Below, in pieces: positions 36,060-47,299 of a stretch of DNA of 64,000 bases (position 1 is its first letter; every line of letters starts with the position of its first letter). Made by a program: the position numbers and the translations under genes. Origin of the DNA: Cyanophora paradoxa CCMP329. Taxonomy: Eukaryota > Plantae > Glaucophyta. The stretch covers positions 1 through 64,000 of the forward strand of contig QPMI01000689.1 in assembly GCA_004431415.1 (NCBI GenBank). The letters run 5' to 3'. The notes below the pieces were generated by a model. That model worked only from the letters and a program-made list of their open reading frames with translations. It searched no databases and was not told where the DNA came from.

Positions 36060-37443
36060 TAGTTATTTTGCTCTTTTGTCTCTATGCCCCCTGGGCAGCC
36101 CCCGCAGTGCTGGTGTCTAGAGACTGTGGGCCTGTGGCCGGTAATTCACCAAAAACAAACAGGCGCCGGCCCTAGGCCTGCCGTGATTTTAGATTTAGCC
36201 GTGATTTTTTTTTATAAAAAATCTACGGTGGGCGTACCCACTCGTAGTACACAACGAGGATACAAGTCACAGTATCGGAAACCACGAGGGTTCGAAGTAC
36301 AACGAAGCGGATACAGCAGGAGCCGAACCCGGAAATCCGGGAGGTCGTAGCACGACCTAATACCACTAGCCGTGATTTAGCCGTGATCATGATATATACG
36401 TAATTATAAATCGCCGGCTTGCCGAGCCTACGTCTCCTTCTACTTCCCTCCGGCGGTTTGCCGGGCCGGACCCTCCGGCCTTTGTTCTTGATACCGGACC
36501 GCCGCCTTTGCCTTCGTCTTCTGCTTCGCTGGTCGTATCCCGCCGGCGCCGGCGTACTTCGTCTTATAGTTTAGTTTGGTCTAGTTCGGATTCTGATCGT
36601 AGTGTTGATGCTAGAGTTAGTTTCAATACTAGCTATAGTCCTCGTGCCCGACCTGTTGTTCGCCGTCGTTTGCAGTTCGACTGCCCGTCTCGACCCCGGT
36701 CGGCTTTAGTGATTCCTTTGACTGTCCTTTTGCCTGCTCTTGATCCGCCTGCTCCGCCTCCTGTGTCCTCCTCGACCTTGTGCCGTAGCTCTGCCCTTTC
36801 GCGTCGTCCTGCTTCGCCTCCGCCTCCGCGTCGTCTTGTTGTTCCTCTTACTTGTCTGCTTCCTGTTATTTATCTTTCTCAAATTTGTCCTCCGCTTCTT
36901 AGTGATGTAATTCCTTCCGATATTGATGGTATCTCTAACTCTGGCTCTTCTTCGTGTCAGTCATCCTCTGTCCCTAGATCTGCTCGATTTCTCGTCTCTT
37001 CTCGATCTGTCTCGAGCTCTGTGTCTTTTCTTTTTTATTGTCGATTTTGGCTCTTTGTCTTATCTTTCTTCGTGCTCTTGTCTTAGTTATTTTGCTTTTT
37101 TGTCTTTAGGCCCCCTGGGCAGCCCCCGCAGTGCTGGTGTCTAGAGACTGTGGCCGGTAATTCACCAAAAAAAAAAATTATAAATGTTTTTGGCGGAATT
37201 AATATTCGGCAAATAATTTGGGCCGCTGAGCCGTGGCCATGGCAATATTCTCAGCTGCGCATGCGCATGCAGCTGCAGGGCCCGGGGGTAGACAGGACGT
37301 ACATACGCCACGCGTACGGCACTGCATGTGGCAATTTCGAATTCGGTTTGATTTTGTGCGAATTCGATCGGCAATGTTAACGTTTTCTTTGGTACCGGTG
37401 AATTACCGGCCACAGTCTTTAGACACCAGCGCTAGCACTGCGA
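36060..37443. mobile_element. Non-autonomous TIR element with a duplicated left end (36104 and 37129) and a right end at ~37397-37440
   Basis: CAGTGCTGGTGTCTAGAGACTGTGGCCGGTAATTCACC occurs twice as a direct repeat (within ~95-bp duplicated blocks) and once inverted (GGTGAATTACCGGCCACAGTCTTTAGACACCAGC..GCACTG). No transposase. Confidence 0.65.
36222..36369 (+). mobile_element. Possible mini-Helitron
   Basis: A|TCTAC start; hairpin AGGTCGT-AGC-ACGACCT (36342-36358) followed 7 nt later by CTAG. The next base is C rather than the canonical T. Confidence 0.35.
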
Positions 37444-38028
37444 TTCCGCTGCGGCGATTCCGCTGCATGCGCAGATTCGCTGCACTGCGGCAGGCTCTTA
37501 ATTGCAGGCTGCAGCTGGGAAAGAGCCTGCAGCCAGTGTCCGGATCCGACGGTCGCGATATGATAGCTAGCTATAGGACTCCTAGAATTAAGGCTAGAAG
37601 CTCCTAGGCGCCTTAGTGGCCTGCAGGCTGCGCATGCAGGCTGCAGACTGCATAAAAGACAAATTAATTGCAAGGGGGGAAAAGAAGACCGAAGGTCTTC
37701 CCCCCCTTGCTTCCCGTTCCCTCGCTTCAGCCAAAATTCTTCTATGAGGCCGTTTTCGAGGTCCAGTTTGCAACGCAGGAAAAAATGAGCCAAAATGGCG
37801 TTGCGACACGTGTTGGTCGCTGGGAGCGTGCACGCAAAAAGCGGTTTTCGAGGGGGAAAACCAGTTTTCTCTCTTTCGATCTTGTCGTCTCTTCGCGACA
37901 GCTCTCATCTCCTCTCTCCAGTCTGCAGATGCAGTCAGAACTCGAGTCTAGAGCAGGTTGCCCGGCGGTCTGCAGGAACTCGGGGAAAACCAATTTCTAG
38001 GCTCTAGATGTAGATCTGAGCTCTCCGG

Positions 38029-38411
38029 GCCTCTCCTTCGCGCGGCGCTGGGGTGTCACGCGGCGGTTGTGCATGGCAACCACTTCTTTCAGCTGTCTCC
38101 TCTAAATTTTGCTAGCCTCTCCTTCGCGCGGCGCTGGGGTGTCACGCGGCGGTTTTGCATGGCAATCACTTCTCCCAGCTGTCTCCTCTAAATTTTGCTA
38201 GCCTCTCATTCGCGCGGCGCTGGGGTGTCACGCGGCGGTTTTGCATGGCAACCACTTCGAATTCTCCCAGCTGTCTCCTCTAAATTTTGCTAGGCTCTAG
38301 CTGTAGATCTGAGCTCTCCGAGCCTCTCCTTCGCGCGGGGCTGGGGTGTCACGCGGCGGTTTTGCATGCCAACCACTTCTACCAGCGCTAGCTGTCTCCT
38401 CTAAATTTTGC
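38029..38411. repeat. Tandem repeat, ~86-bp unit, 4 copies
   Basis: GCCTCTCCTTCGCGCGGCGCTGGGGTGTCACGCGG...CTCTAAATTTTGC at 38029, 38115, 38201 and 38322. Confidence 0.9.
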
Positions 38412-38685
38412 GCGGCAGTCACTGAGTCCAGACTCAGTGACTCAGTCTCTTGCTGCGCTCAGCAAGCCGCCGACATCGCGTGCGCCGCAGAACCGCGTGA
38501 GCCGGCCGAGCACGCCTGCTGGGCCGGGCGCTCTTGTTGCGCTCGGCACCTGGCCAGCAGACTAGTTCGCGTGCTGCGCACGACGTGGCACTTGTATCCT
38601 TAGTCTGCGCCCCGCGTGTGCCCCGCGTTGCGCCGCGTGCCTGCGTACCCGCCGTCTGCCACCCGGCCAGCAGTCCAGCTCGGTG

Positions 38686-38782
38686 GAGCTCGAGTCTAGA
38701 TCTCCAGCAGGTCGTACGCCGGTCTGACCCCCTGGCGAGCTCGAGTCTAGATCTCCAGCAGGTCGTACGCCGGTCTGACCCC
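38686..38782. repeat. ~51-bp tandem duplication
   Basis: GAGCTCGAGTCTAGATCTCCAGCAGGTCGTACGCCGGTCTGACCCC twice. Confidence 0.85.
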
Positions 38783-39189
38783 GCAGGTCGTCCTGGATCG
38801 CCTATGTTTACGGCGAGCCCTCTGCAGACAGCGCTAGCACCATCATCTTTTAGCCAGCTGTTCAGGGTTAGGGGTAGGCCGTGCGAACACAGTTGATGCG
38901 CAGAGTTTTTTCGCTCCAGAACAATCTTTCATATACAGTGCGCTCAGTCTCGCCGTTCATTCAGGCTTTTCTCTATTCGGTTAGATCGCAGCGTCTGCTT
39001 ATCAGCCCTTTTCTACTCTTTACAATCACATATAATCTGTCTCTATCTTTACTACTTCAACCTGCCGCGCGCGCTGGGCCGGGGTCGATCTACATCTGCC
39101 CCGTGCATGTTCGTGCCACTACTACTCTTGCATTAGATCCAGATTCCCCCCTTGCACCCCCGGCGCGCCGAAACGCGGCCGGGCCACTA

Positions 39190-39357
39190 GTTAAAAAAAG
39201 AGGTGACAAAGAGGCTTGAAAGAGCCCAATTTTTTAAAAACTGGACAAAAAAAGAGGCGACAAAGACTCTCTGTCAAAGAGCGGAATTCGAAAAAAAGAC
39301 AAAAAGAGGCGACAAAGAGCCGACAAAAAGACGAAAAAGAGGCGCCAAAGAGCACTG
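39190..39357 (-). mobile_element. Probable DNA-transposon right end with subterminal GACAAAGAG repeats
   Basis: Multiple AAAGAGG(C/T)GACAAAGAG units ending in GAGCACTG (reverse complement CAGTGCTC). The inverse motif GCTCTT(T)GTC occurs at ~36070 and 37050-37082. Confidence 0.5.
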
Positions 39358-39456
39358 ACTACCAGTGAGTCGCAGTGAGTCAGTGATCATGATCAAGACT
39401 GTGCCCAGCCCTACGTATACTAACGAGTCTGGTCAACTGATATGATTGAGTCGCAG

Positions 39457-41091
39457 TCAGCTGCAAGGGGGGTGGGGGTGGGGTCGCCGGTCGCGGGGTG
39501 GGGGTTGGAGGGGGGGAGAAGGGGGGAGAAGGGGGATGAAGGGGGGTGAAGGGGGGGGGGCGCAGGCAGAGCTCGTGGGCGCGCTGGAGGGCTGCTCCTT
39601 CCCGCGCTTGTGGCGGTCCTCAGAGGGCGCCCCCTGGGCTTCCACCAGGCGCCGCAGCTCGGCGGCCGCGGCCCCCACCGCCCCCTCCTCGCCCTCCGCC
39701 GCGAGGCGCTGCGGGGAGAACGTCGACTGGGAAGTGCGGGGGTGGGTGGGTGGGGGATCGTCAACTGAGGCAGTGCGGGGCGCGGGGGGGGCGGGGGGCA
39801 GGCGGCGGGGGCGGACCTGGGCCCGCAGGTAGAGTTCGTGGGCGCGCTGGTAGGCCGCGAAGTCGCCGGACCGGTGGAGGAGGGCGCCCGGGCCCGGGAG
39901 GGCGAGGCGGACGTCGCGGAGGAGGCGCGGGGAGGCGGCCAGGGCGGCGTAGAGGCGGAGCAGGGCGCGCAGGGCAGCCCGGCCGCGTCGCGGGGCCCGG
40001 GGCGAGCCGGCGCCGCTTGCCGCCCCCAGGCGGGTCCGGGTAGTGGGAGTCGGGCCGCTCGGCGGGGGCTGGGCGCAGGCTCAGCACGACCCGCGCCTGG
40101 GGCGGCAGCGCGCGCAGCCCGCCAGCGCTTCTGCGGCCGCGCGTGAGCCGAGGGGCGGGCGCGGGGCAGAGCGCGGGGGCGCGCCCGCCGCCTTGCACAG
40201 GTCCAGCTCCGACGAGTCGGCTGCGTCCGCCCTCCCGTCGCCCGCCAGGGCCGCCCCTCCAGACGCAGCTCCTGCAGCCGCGGCGCCCCCCGCTCTGCGC
40301 GAGTCTCAGCGGGGACGGGGCGGTGCGGGCGCCGCGCCGGCACGAGCGGACCGAGGGCGCTGCAGAGCGCGCGGAGCGTAGCGGGGCGGAGGTCGACGCC
40401 ATCGAGGAGCAGCCTGGCGCGGGCCGGGAGTCAGGGCCGAGCAGGGGCGGGCGGGAGGCGGGCGGGAGGCCAGCGCACGTCCTGGTGGCGGCGAAGGCGC
40501 CGCTGGGCGAGCTGGAGGGAAGGTGCGGCTGCTTGAGGAAGAGCTCGGAGGCCCGGGCGAGCGAGGCGGCGGGGGGGCTCGACGCGTAGTGCGACCGAGG
40601 CACGCGCAGGCGGTCGCAGCGGAGCGCCGCGATGTCCTCCAGGGCGCTCCTGACGGAGGCACCCTCGACCTCGTCCATCATCTCCTCGTCGCTGTCGGCG
40701 CCGCCGGGGCCCCCGTCGTCGTTCATCTCGAGCGCGTCGATCTCCGCCTCGCGGCACGCCTGCGGGAGCCACGCGCGGCGGCCCTTGCCGCGGTGGTAGC
40801 CGGCCGTGATGCGCAGGCAGCCGCCCAAGTAGTGCAGGCGCGAGAACCACTCCGTCGCTTCCTGCGAGCGCAGCGTGGGGGCGAGCCGGGCCCGGCGAGC
40901 ACGCGGCGGCGCACTGCGTCCTAGAAGGGCTCCCAGATGGCGCGGCGCCAACGGTCCTCGCCCGGCGGGTCCGATCCGTACGCGTCAAGCTCCGCGCAGG
41001 CCTCCGTGACCTCTCGGAGGCGGTTTCCCCGGCCATCTCCATCCACCGTGACCAGCTCCAGCCGCCGCACGCTTGCCGGTAGCGCCCGCAT
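39457..41091 (-). CDS. Hypothetical protein (multi-exon, apparent homopolymer frameshifts)
   Basis: Exons RLREVTEACAELDAY, EATEWFSRLHYLGGCLRIT, LLLDGVDLRPATLRALC...LQELRLEG and FAAYQRAHELYLRAQ, bounded by splice signals. Confidence 0.5.
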
Positions 41092-41494
41092 CTGCACTAG
41101 CGCTCAGCATCGGTAGCTGGGCGGAGGCGGGCAGGGCGCGGACCAGAGCTTCCAAGCGGCGACGATGTGAGCGTGGCCGCCAGAGGCGCTTGAGTGAAAA
41201 ACGCGTTTTTCAGAAATTTCAGTTCGAAGAGGGGTACCGGTACGTGATCGTCCGCACGTCGAGAACAAGGCCTCCAAGCGCCTCAGCGGCCGGCGCCACG
41301 CTCAGCATGTTCATGCTCGGCTCTTAGCGGATCTCCACCCGTCCCTAGCCCAGCCCGCTGCATCGAGAAGACCGCTGCTTCGCTTTACGCCGAAGGCACC
41401 AGTTCTCTCTAGAAGGCTCCAGATGTCTATCTAGTGCTGAGAGCAGTCTAGCTGCGATTTGGAATCCCGCCGTCAAGCTTGCATGCGCATCGGG

Positions 41495-42900
41495 ATGGTG
41501 TGCAAGGCGTGCAAAGCCGGCTGCAACACAAAGCACTGCCCGTGCGTGAAAGCCAGCCAGTCCTGCGGGGCGGAGTGCGGATGCGAAGGTTGCGAGAACC
41601 GCGGCCGCGGCCGCGGTGCGAATCCAAAGAGCGCAAGCGCGACTGAAGGCGCAGCGGCTGCAGCTGCGGCGGCGGCGGCGGCGGCAGCAGCAGCAGCAAG
41701 CTCGAGCTCATCGGGTTCGCGCTCTCGGACCGGCCGCGGCGCCGGGAGCTGCAGCTGCGCCGGTCGGTGCCAGGACGGCTCGTGCTCCTGCAGGGTCTCG
41801 GGCAAGTTCTGCACGACGCGCTGCAAGTGCAAGCTGGGCGTCTGCTCGAACGAGGTCCGAACCCCGTATGCATGGCTCATGATCAGCTGCTAGATCTGCG
41901 GCGCGGCCGGCTCGCGATCGGCTGAGCTCGGGCACCGGCGCGCAGAACCGGTGCAACAAGCCGGGGTGCCAGTGCGGCGTCAAGAGATCGAATTACGTCG
42001 AGAAAGCCAAAGCGTTCTACCGCGGCGTGAGCCCGCACACCTCGGAAGCCTTCTTCTGCGAGATGTGCAACACGTGCGTACGCGCGAGGCGTTTAATTTT
42101 GGATTTGCACGAAACTGATCATGAACGGTCCCGCAGGTTCTGGGGGTGGGACGATAAGATCCGGTTCACGCTCCAGGGCTTGAGCTCGAGCAAGAAGTCC
42201 ATGAGCAAGCCCCACACCGCCCTCGAAGTCGATCACAGGGTGGCCGTATCAGAGGGGGTACGCACCTGTACCCCGGGCTCCGGGGGGGCGACGGGCTCTC
42301 AACCTAGTGAAGTCACGCGCCGATCGCGGCCGCAGTTCGAGAAACAGGTGCAGGGCATCTGGTGCATCAAGAACCTGCGCCCGGCCTGCTACTTCTGCAA
42401 CCAAGCGAAGAAGAACAAGTACAAGAAGAAATACGGTGCGCAGCCTTACACCTTCCGATCGATTTCGCTGACTCGGGGGTACGTGAACCGCGCAGGCTGG
42501 TGGCTCAACCACCCGAAGCTGAACGCGGCCTTCGTTCGCATGCAGGCGGCCCTCAAGAGAACGCGGACGGCCGCGGAGCGGACGGACATCGAGGGCCTCC
42601 AGGTACACATACCTATTAATAGATCTTCTAACATATCTCTCTTGACTGTGTGAGTATCCGCCTTCTCCGCAGATCCTCGAGGCGGGCCGCGGGCTCGGGG
42701 GCGGCGCGACCTACGGGATCGCCGTGGCCGCCGCCTCCGGGCAGGAGGAGGCGCAGCTGGAGGCCGAGATCGCCGCGTGCGACCGGGGCGAGGAGGAGGA
42801 GGACGATGAGGACTGGGACGAGGAGGAGGAAGATCTGGCCGCGAGGCTTCAGGCGAGGCTGGACTTGAAGATCAATTCCTTTTTCTCGTTCTCTGATCAC
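41495..42900 (+). CDS. Tandem CXC/tesmin-like Cys-rich domains fused to an HNH endonuclease with acidic tail (multi-exon, 3' end uncertain)
   Basis: CKACKAGCNTKHCPCVKASQSCGAECGCEGCEN and CSCAGRCQDGSCSCRVSGKFCTTRCKCKLGVCSN, then FCEMC...LEVDHRVAVSEG...NLRPACYFCNQAK. GT-AG introns at 41855-41945, ~42074-42137, 42258-42335 and 42603-42672 keep the frame. Confidence 0.75.
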
Positions 42901-43181
42901 GGGGGGAGCGCGCGCAGGGCACGAGGCTCTAAGAGCGACTCCGACCGCGGCGCTCGCCCTTCACCCCGCACCCCTCTTTCCCCCCCCCTTCCCCCCCCCC
43001 CCTTCTCCCGCCCTCCCCTCCCACACCTTTCTCTCCCCCTCCCGGCCCCCTGTCCCCCCTTGTTCCTGCTGCCCCTGGCCCCCCTTCCCACACCCCCCCT
43101 CTCCCCCCGCCCCCCCCTCCCCCCCCTTCCTTCCTCCCGCTTCGGCCTTCTGCTTCTCGCACCTTCTCTCCCGCTGGCCCC

Positions 43182-44078
43182 GCGGCGCCTTCGCCGCCAC
43201 CAGGACGTGCGCTGGCCTCCCGCCCGCCTCCCGCCCGCCCCTGCTCGGCCCTGACTCCCGGCCCGCGCCAGGCTGCTCCTCGATGGCGTCGACCTCCGCC
43301 CCGCTACGCTCCGCGCGCTCTGCAGCGCCCTCGGTCCGCTCGTGCCGGCGCGGCGCCCGCACCGCCCCGTCCCCGCTGAGACTCGCGCAGAGCGGGGGGC
43401 GCCGCGGCTGCAGGAGCTGCGTCTGGAGGGGGCGGCCCTGGCGGGCGACGGGAGGGCGGACGCAGCCGACTCGTCGGAGCTGGACCTGTGCAAGGCGGCG
43501 GGCGCGCCCCCGCGCTCTGCCCCGCGCCCGCCCCTCGGCTCACGCGCGGCCACAGAAGCGCTGGCGGGGCTGCGCGCGCTGCCGCCCCAGGCGCGGGTCG
43601 TGCTGAGCCTGCGCCCAGCCCCCGCCGAGCGGCCCGACTCCCACTACCCGGACCCGCCTGGGGGCGGCAAGCGGCGCCGGCTCGCCCCGGGGCCCCGCGA
43701 CGCGGCCGGGCTGCCCCTGCGCGCCCTGCTCCGCCTCTACGCCGCCCTGGCCGCCTCCCCGCGCCCCCTCCGCGACGTCCGCCTCGCCCTCCCGGGCCCG
43801 GGCCCGGGCGCCCTCCTCCACCGGTCCGGCGACTTCGCGGCCTACCAGCGCGCCCACGAGCTCTACCTGCGCGCCCAGGTCCGCCCCCGCCCCCTGCCCC
43901 CCCGCCCCCCCTCCCCCCCCCTCCCCGCACTGCCTCGGTCGACGTCCCCCCCGCAGCGCCTCGCGGCGGAGGGCGAGGAGGGGGCGGTGGGGGCTGCGGC
44001 CGCCGAGCTGCGGCGCCTGGTGGAAGCCCAGGGGGCGCCCTCTGAGGACCGCCACAAGCGCGGGAAGCTGCAGCCCTC
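43182..44078 (+). pseudogene. Inverted partial duplicate of 39588-40503
   Basis: ~900 bp near-identical reverse complement including introns; begins mid-exon. Confidence 0.9.
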
Positions 44079-44430
44079 TAGCTATGAAGACCGCCGCGTT
44101 CCTGTATTCATAGGTGGCGTGCGCGTGCCCTCCGTGTTCAGTGGCCGTGTGCATTAGCCTGTACATCAGCCATAATTATGCAAGCTCGCGATCGGAGACG
44201 ATGCGAAGCTTAAGGCTGTGGCTGCGGGTGGGTCGACGACGACTCGATGCGCGCTGCCTGGGCGACGGCACGGGCTGGAACGTCGCCTATGTGTAGTCCT
44301 GCGGTCCGGGGACGACTAGATATAGCTAGCCCTCGAGCTCGTAGTCCCGCAGGCAGGGAAGGATTTTCCTCTCCAGCAGCTCCCGCAGCTGGACCCCGAG
44401 CCTCAAGACTTAAGATATTAAGGGCAAAGG

Positions 44431-46830
44431 CCTAGGGCGCACCTGGGCACCCCGCGGCTCCGGGACGGGCGTGAAGGGCACCTGGAGCAGGCGCTCCGGC
44501 TCGAGTTCCGCGGCGGCCCACTCGCGCAGCGCCCCATCGGCCTCGGACGCTGCGCCCCCGCCCCGCTCAGATCTCGAACGAACCCGCGCGGCAGTACCGA
44601 ATTCAAAGCTATGCACGCACCGCCCATCTTCGCTTTAATCTCCTTCTTCGTCGCAGCCCGTCGCTCGTACTTGGCCTCCTCCTCCTTCTGCTGTTGCAGC
44701 AGCTCGTTGTAGTTCGGCATCTCCGGCTCCAGCTTCTGCGCGGACGTAGTTATAGTTATAAGGCTGAGCTCGAGAGCAAAACGAAATGTTCCGCAGGTTT
44801 TCATCGCACCGCCTTGCTATTGCGGCCCCAGAACAACCCGGCCCCGTCGAGCACCGCGTCCAGCCACACCTGCCGCCGCGGGCGATCATTTATGGGGATC
44901 GATAAGCGGAGTAGCTATAGGGCGGACTGGCGCAGCGTGCTTCCACTCCAGAATTTAAAGCGGACCGAGCCGCGGCGCCGCGGGGTGGACATACATATGT
45001 ATGTGCGGGGGGTCAAGAACTAATGAAGGAGACATCGCTGACGTTGCTACGGTCCGCAATTGCAAGGGACCGGGTGCACGCCCCAAGTTAAGCAGGCGCT
45101 TCACCCGCGAACTCGGATACGGACCTTGAAGAAGTCCGGGCTCTTCTGGCGCATCTCAGCGAAGGTCGTCGCCACCGGCTCGCTCACCTGCGCTCGCGAT
45201 CCGAAATGAGAGCGGAACGTACCGCGGAGACTCTGTACTCTAGATCTTTTTTCGGGGGGGGGGGGGAGCGCGCGCGCGGGGTGGGGGTGGGGTGGGGGGA
45301 GGAGGGAAGGGGATGGGGGGCAGGGGGCGCACGCTGTAGTAGCCCATAATCTGGCAGCGCGACGTGCCTTCGTGGGCAAAGGGGACCACCAGGAGTACAC
45401 CCCCGAACTAAAACGAGCCGAAAGTGAACGGGAGTGTACATGTTGGCTAAACGATGAAAGACTAAAGAGCAAACCTCGTACGACTGCCTCATGAGATGTG
45501 CAGTGAAGACCCGCGCTTCGACCGCTGCGCATGTCCCCGCGAGTCAGAATGATTCAGTTCAAGCGAGGGCATCCGTCCTCTTAGAGATCTAGATTTAGAT
45601 CTAGAAAAAAATTCCCGGGAGTACTAGTGGGCGGCATGCAGGGGGCGCACATTCAGCAAAGTAGGCGAAGCCAGGCTGGCCTGGCTCTGAGGGCAGCTCC
45701 TGAGTCCCATGGCCAGTCAGCCGATCACCAAGTCTGGAGAGGCGTGCAAGCGTTCGCGCACCGGGTTCCAGGACCGCCGCAGGACGCAGTAGCGCTCCCC
45801 AATGTTCACGGGCCCCAGACGCCTGCTCGCAATGGTTGTCTTTCTCGGGTGAACCCACGAGGTCTGCATCCCGCCTGCGGGCAAGCGAGTGAGGTTGCAG
45901 CGATGCGAGAGGCGCAGGGCACTGCTCGACGTGCCCCCCAGGACGTTCATGATAGTGGCCCGCCAGAAGCCTTCAGGCCCAGCATTCACCCCGGCCTCCT
46001 GAAAGATCGCGCGCGTCGGGAATCGGGGCAGTGAGGTGAAAACCAGAGCGAACCTCTTCCGCGTCGGCCTCTTCCGGATCTTCCGCGGTGGCTTGGCCCT
46101 TGCTCTTCGTCTTGCGCTTCTTCCCCTTTGCCGCTGGCACCGCCTGCGGGCTCGCCGCCGCCGCCGGAGACGCCGCTTTGCGTTTCCGGCCCCTGCCCAC
46201 GGTTGCCGGTGAAGCCTGCGGGCTCGCCACAAGCTGCAGAGACGCCACTGTAGATGAGGGGCTGCTGCTGCTGCTGCTGCTGCTGCCGCCGCCGCCGCCG
46301 CCGTCTCCACTCGCGAGCACCGAGCGGCGGCTCCTTGTGCTCCGCCGCGGCGTATTGCAGCTGTCCTCGGCGCCCGCCGGCTGTGCCACCGGCACCGGCC
46401 GCGGATCGCTGCTCTCGTCGCCGCGGGGCTGCGAGTCCACCGGCGGGGGCTGGGCTCCGGAGCCCCGCCGGCCATCGCTGTTCGGCGTGATGAGCGCTCG
46501 CGCCGGCTTCGTGGACTGCGTCTGAGAATCCAGCAGCCGATCAGCGGCCGCCGAACAGTACGGGACAGAACGGCAATTAAGAAGCGCACCGCCGGAACTG
46601 AAGCCGGAGCCGCCGAGTGGAGCTCGGCCTCTTCCTCCTCGTCTTCATCGTCCAGTACAATGGGTTCATGATCAATGAAGCCTGCAGCTGGCGCCGTCTC
46701 CCGCTTGACCTGCGTCGTCGCGCGCCGCTCAGCAGATGCTGGCGCCGTTCAGCGGCGGTCATTATCAGGGAGAGCACCGCAGGAGCCAGGGCCGTTGGCG
46801 CTCCCGCCGGGACGGGCGCCACGGCGGCGG
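44431..46830 (-). CDS. Hypothetical protein(s) with acidic/Ser-rich region and NLS-like stretches (structure uncertain)
   Basis: Exon-like blocks IVLDDEDEEEE, GRGRKRKAASP..KGKKRKTK, HVALPDYGLLQ and MPNYNELLQQQKEEEAKYERR. Confidence 0.35.
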
Positions 46831-47299
46831 ACGCAGGCTGGCGATCCGATTGGGCTCAGCGTGGGAGATTTCTGCCCTATCGGGCGGCTCACTTTCTGTG
46901 TACCCCCCCACCCCTCTGAGACCCCCCCGTACCCCATTCGCCGCGATGGTTTGCGTACCCCCACCCGCCAATGGGGCCCGCGACGACCGAGAGGGAGGCC
47001 GGGGGGTACCCGCGGGGCGCCGAGCGTGGCCTGCGACGTCACGCGCGCCCGCCGAATCCGCGACGGGACGGGGTAAGCGCGCGGGAGGCCGGGGTACGCA
47101 GCGTGGCCGGCCCCGGGTTGCCGATCGCCGTACCCCCTGCCGCCGCGGAGGTGCGAGGAGGATTGGGCTAAAAAGGTGGAAAGTACCTATTTCCACTTTG
47201 CGGATCCACCGAGGTTTCCACTGAATGGATACGTGCGCCGCTTCAAGTGCTTAAATAGGGCTGCGCGGCCCACTGGCGCCACTCTGCCGACCGCCAAAA

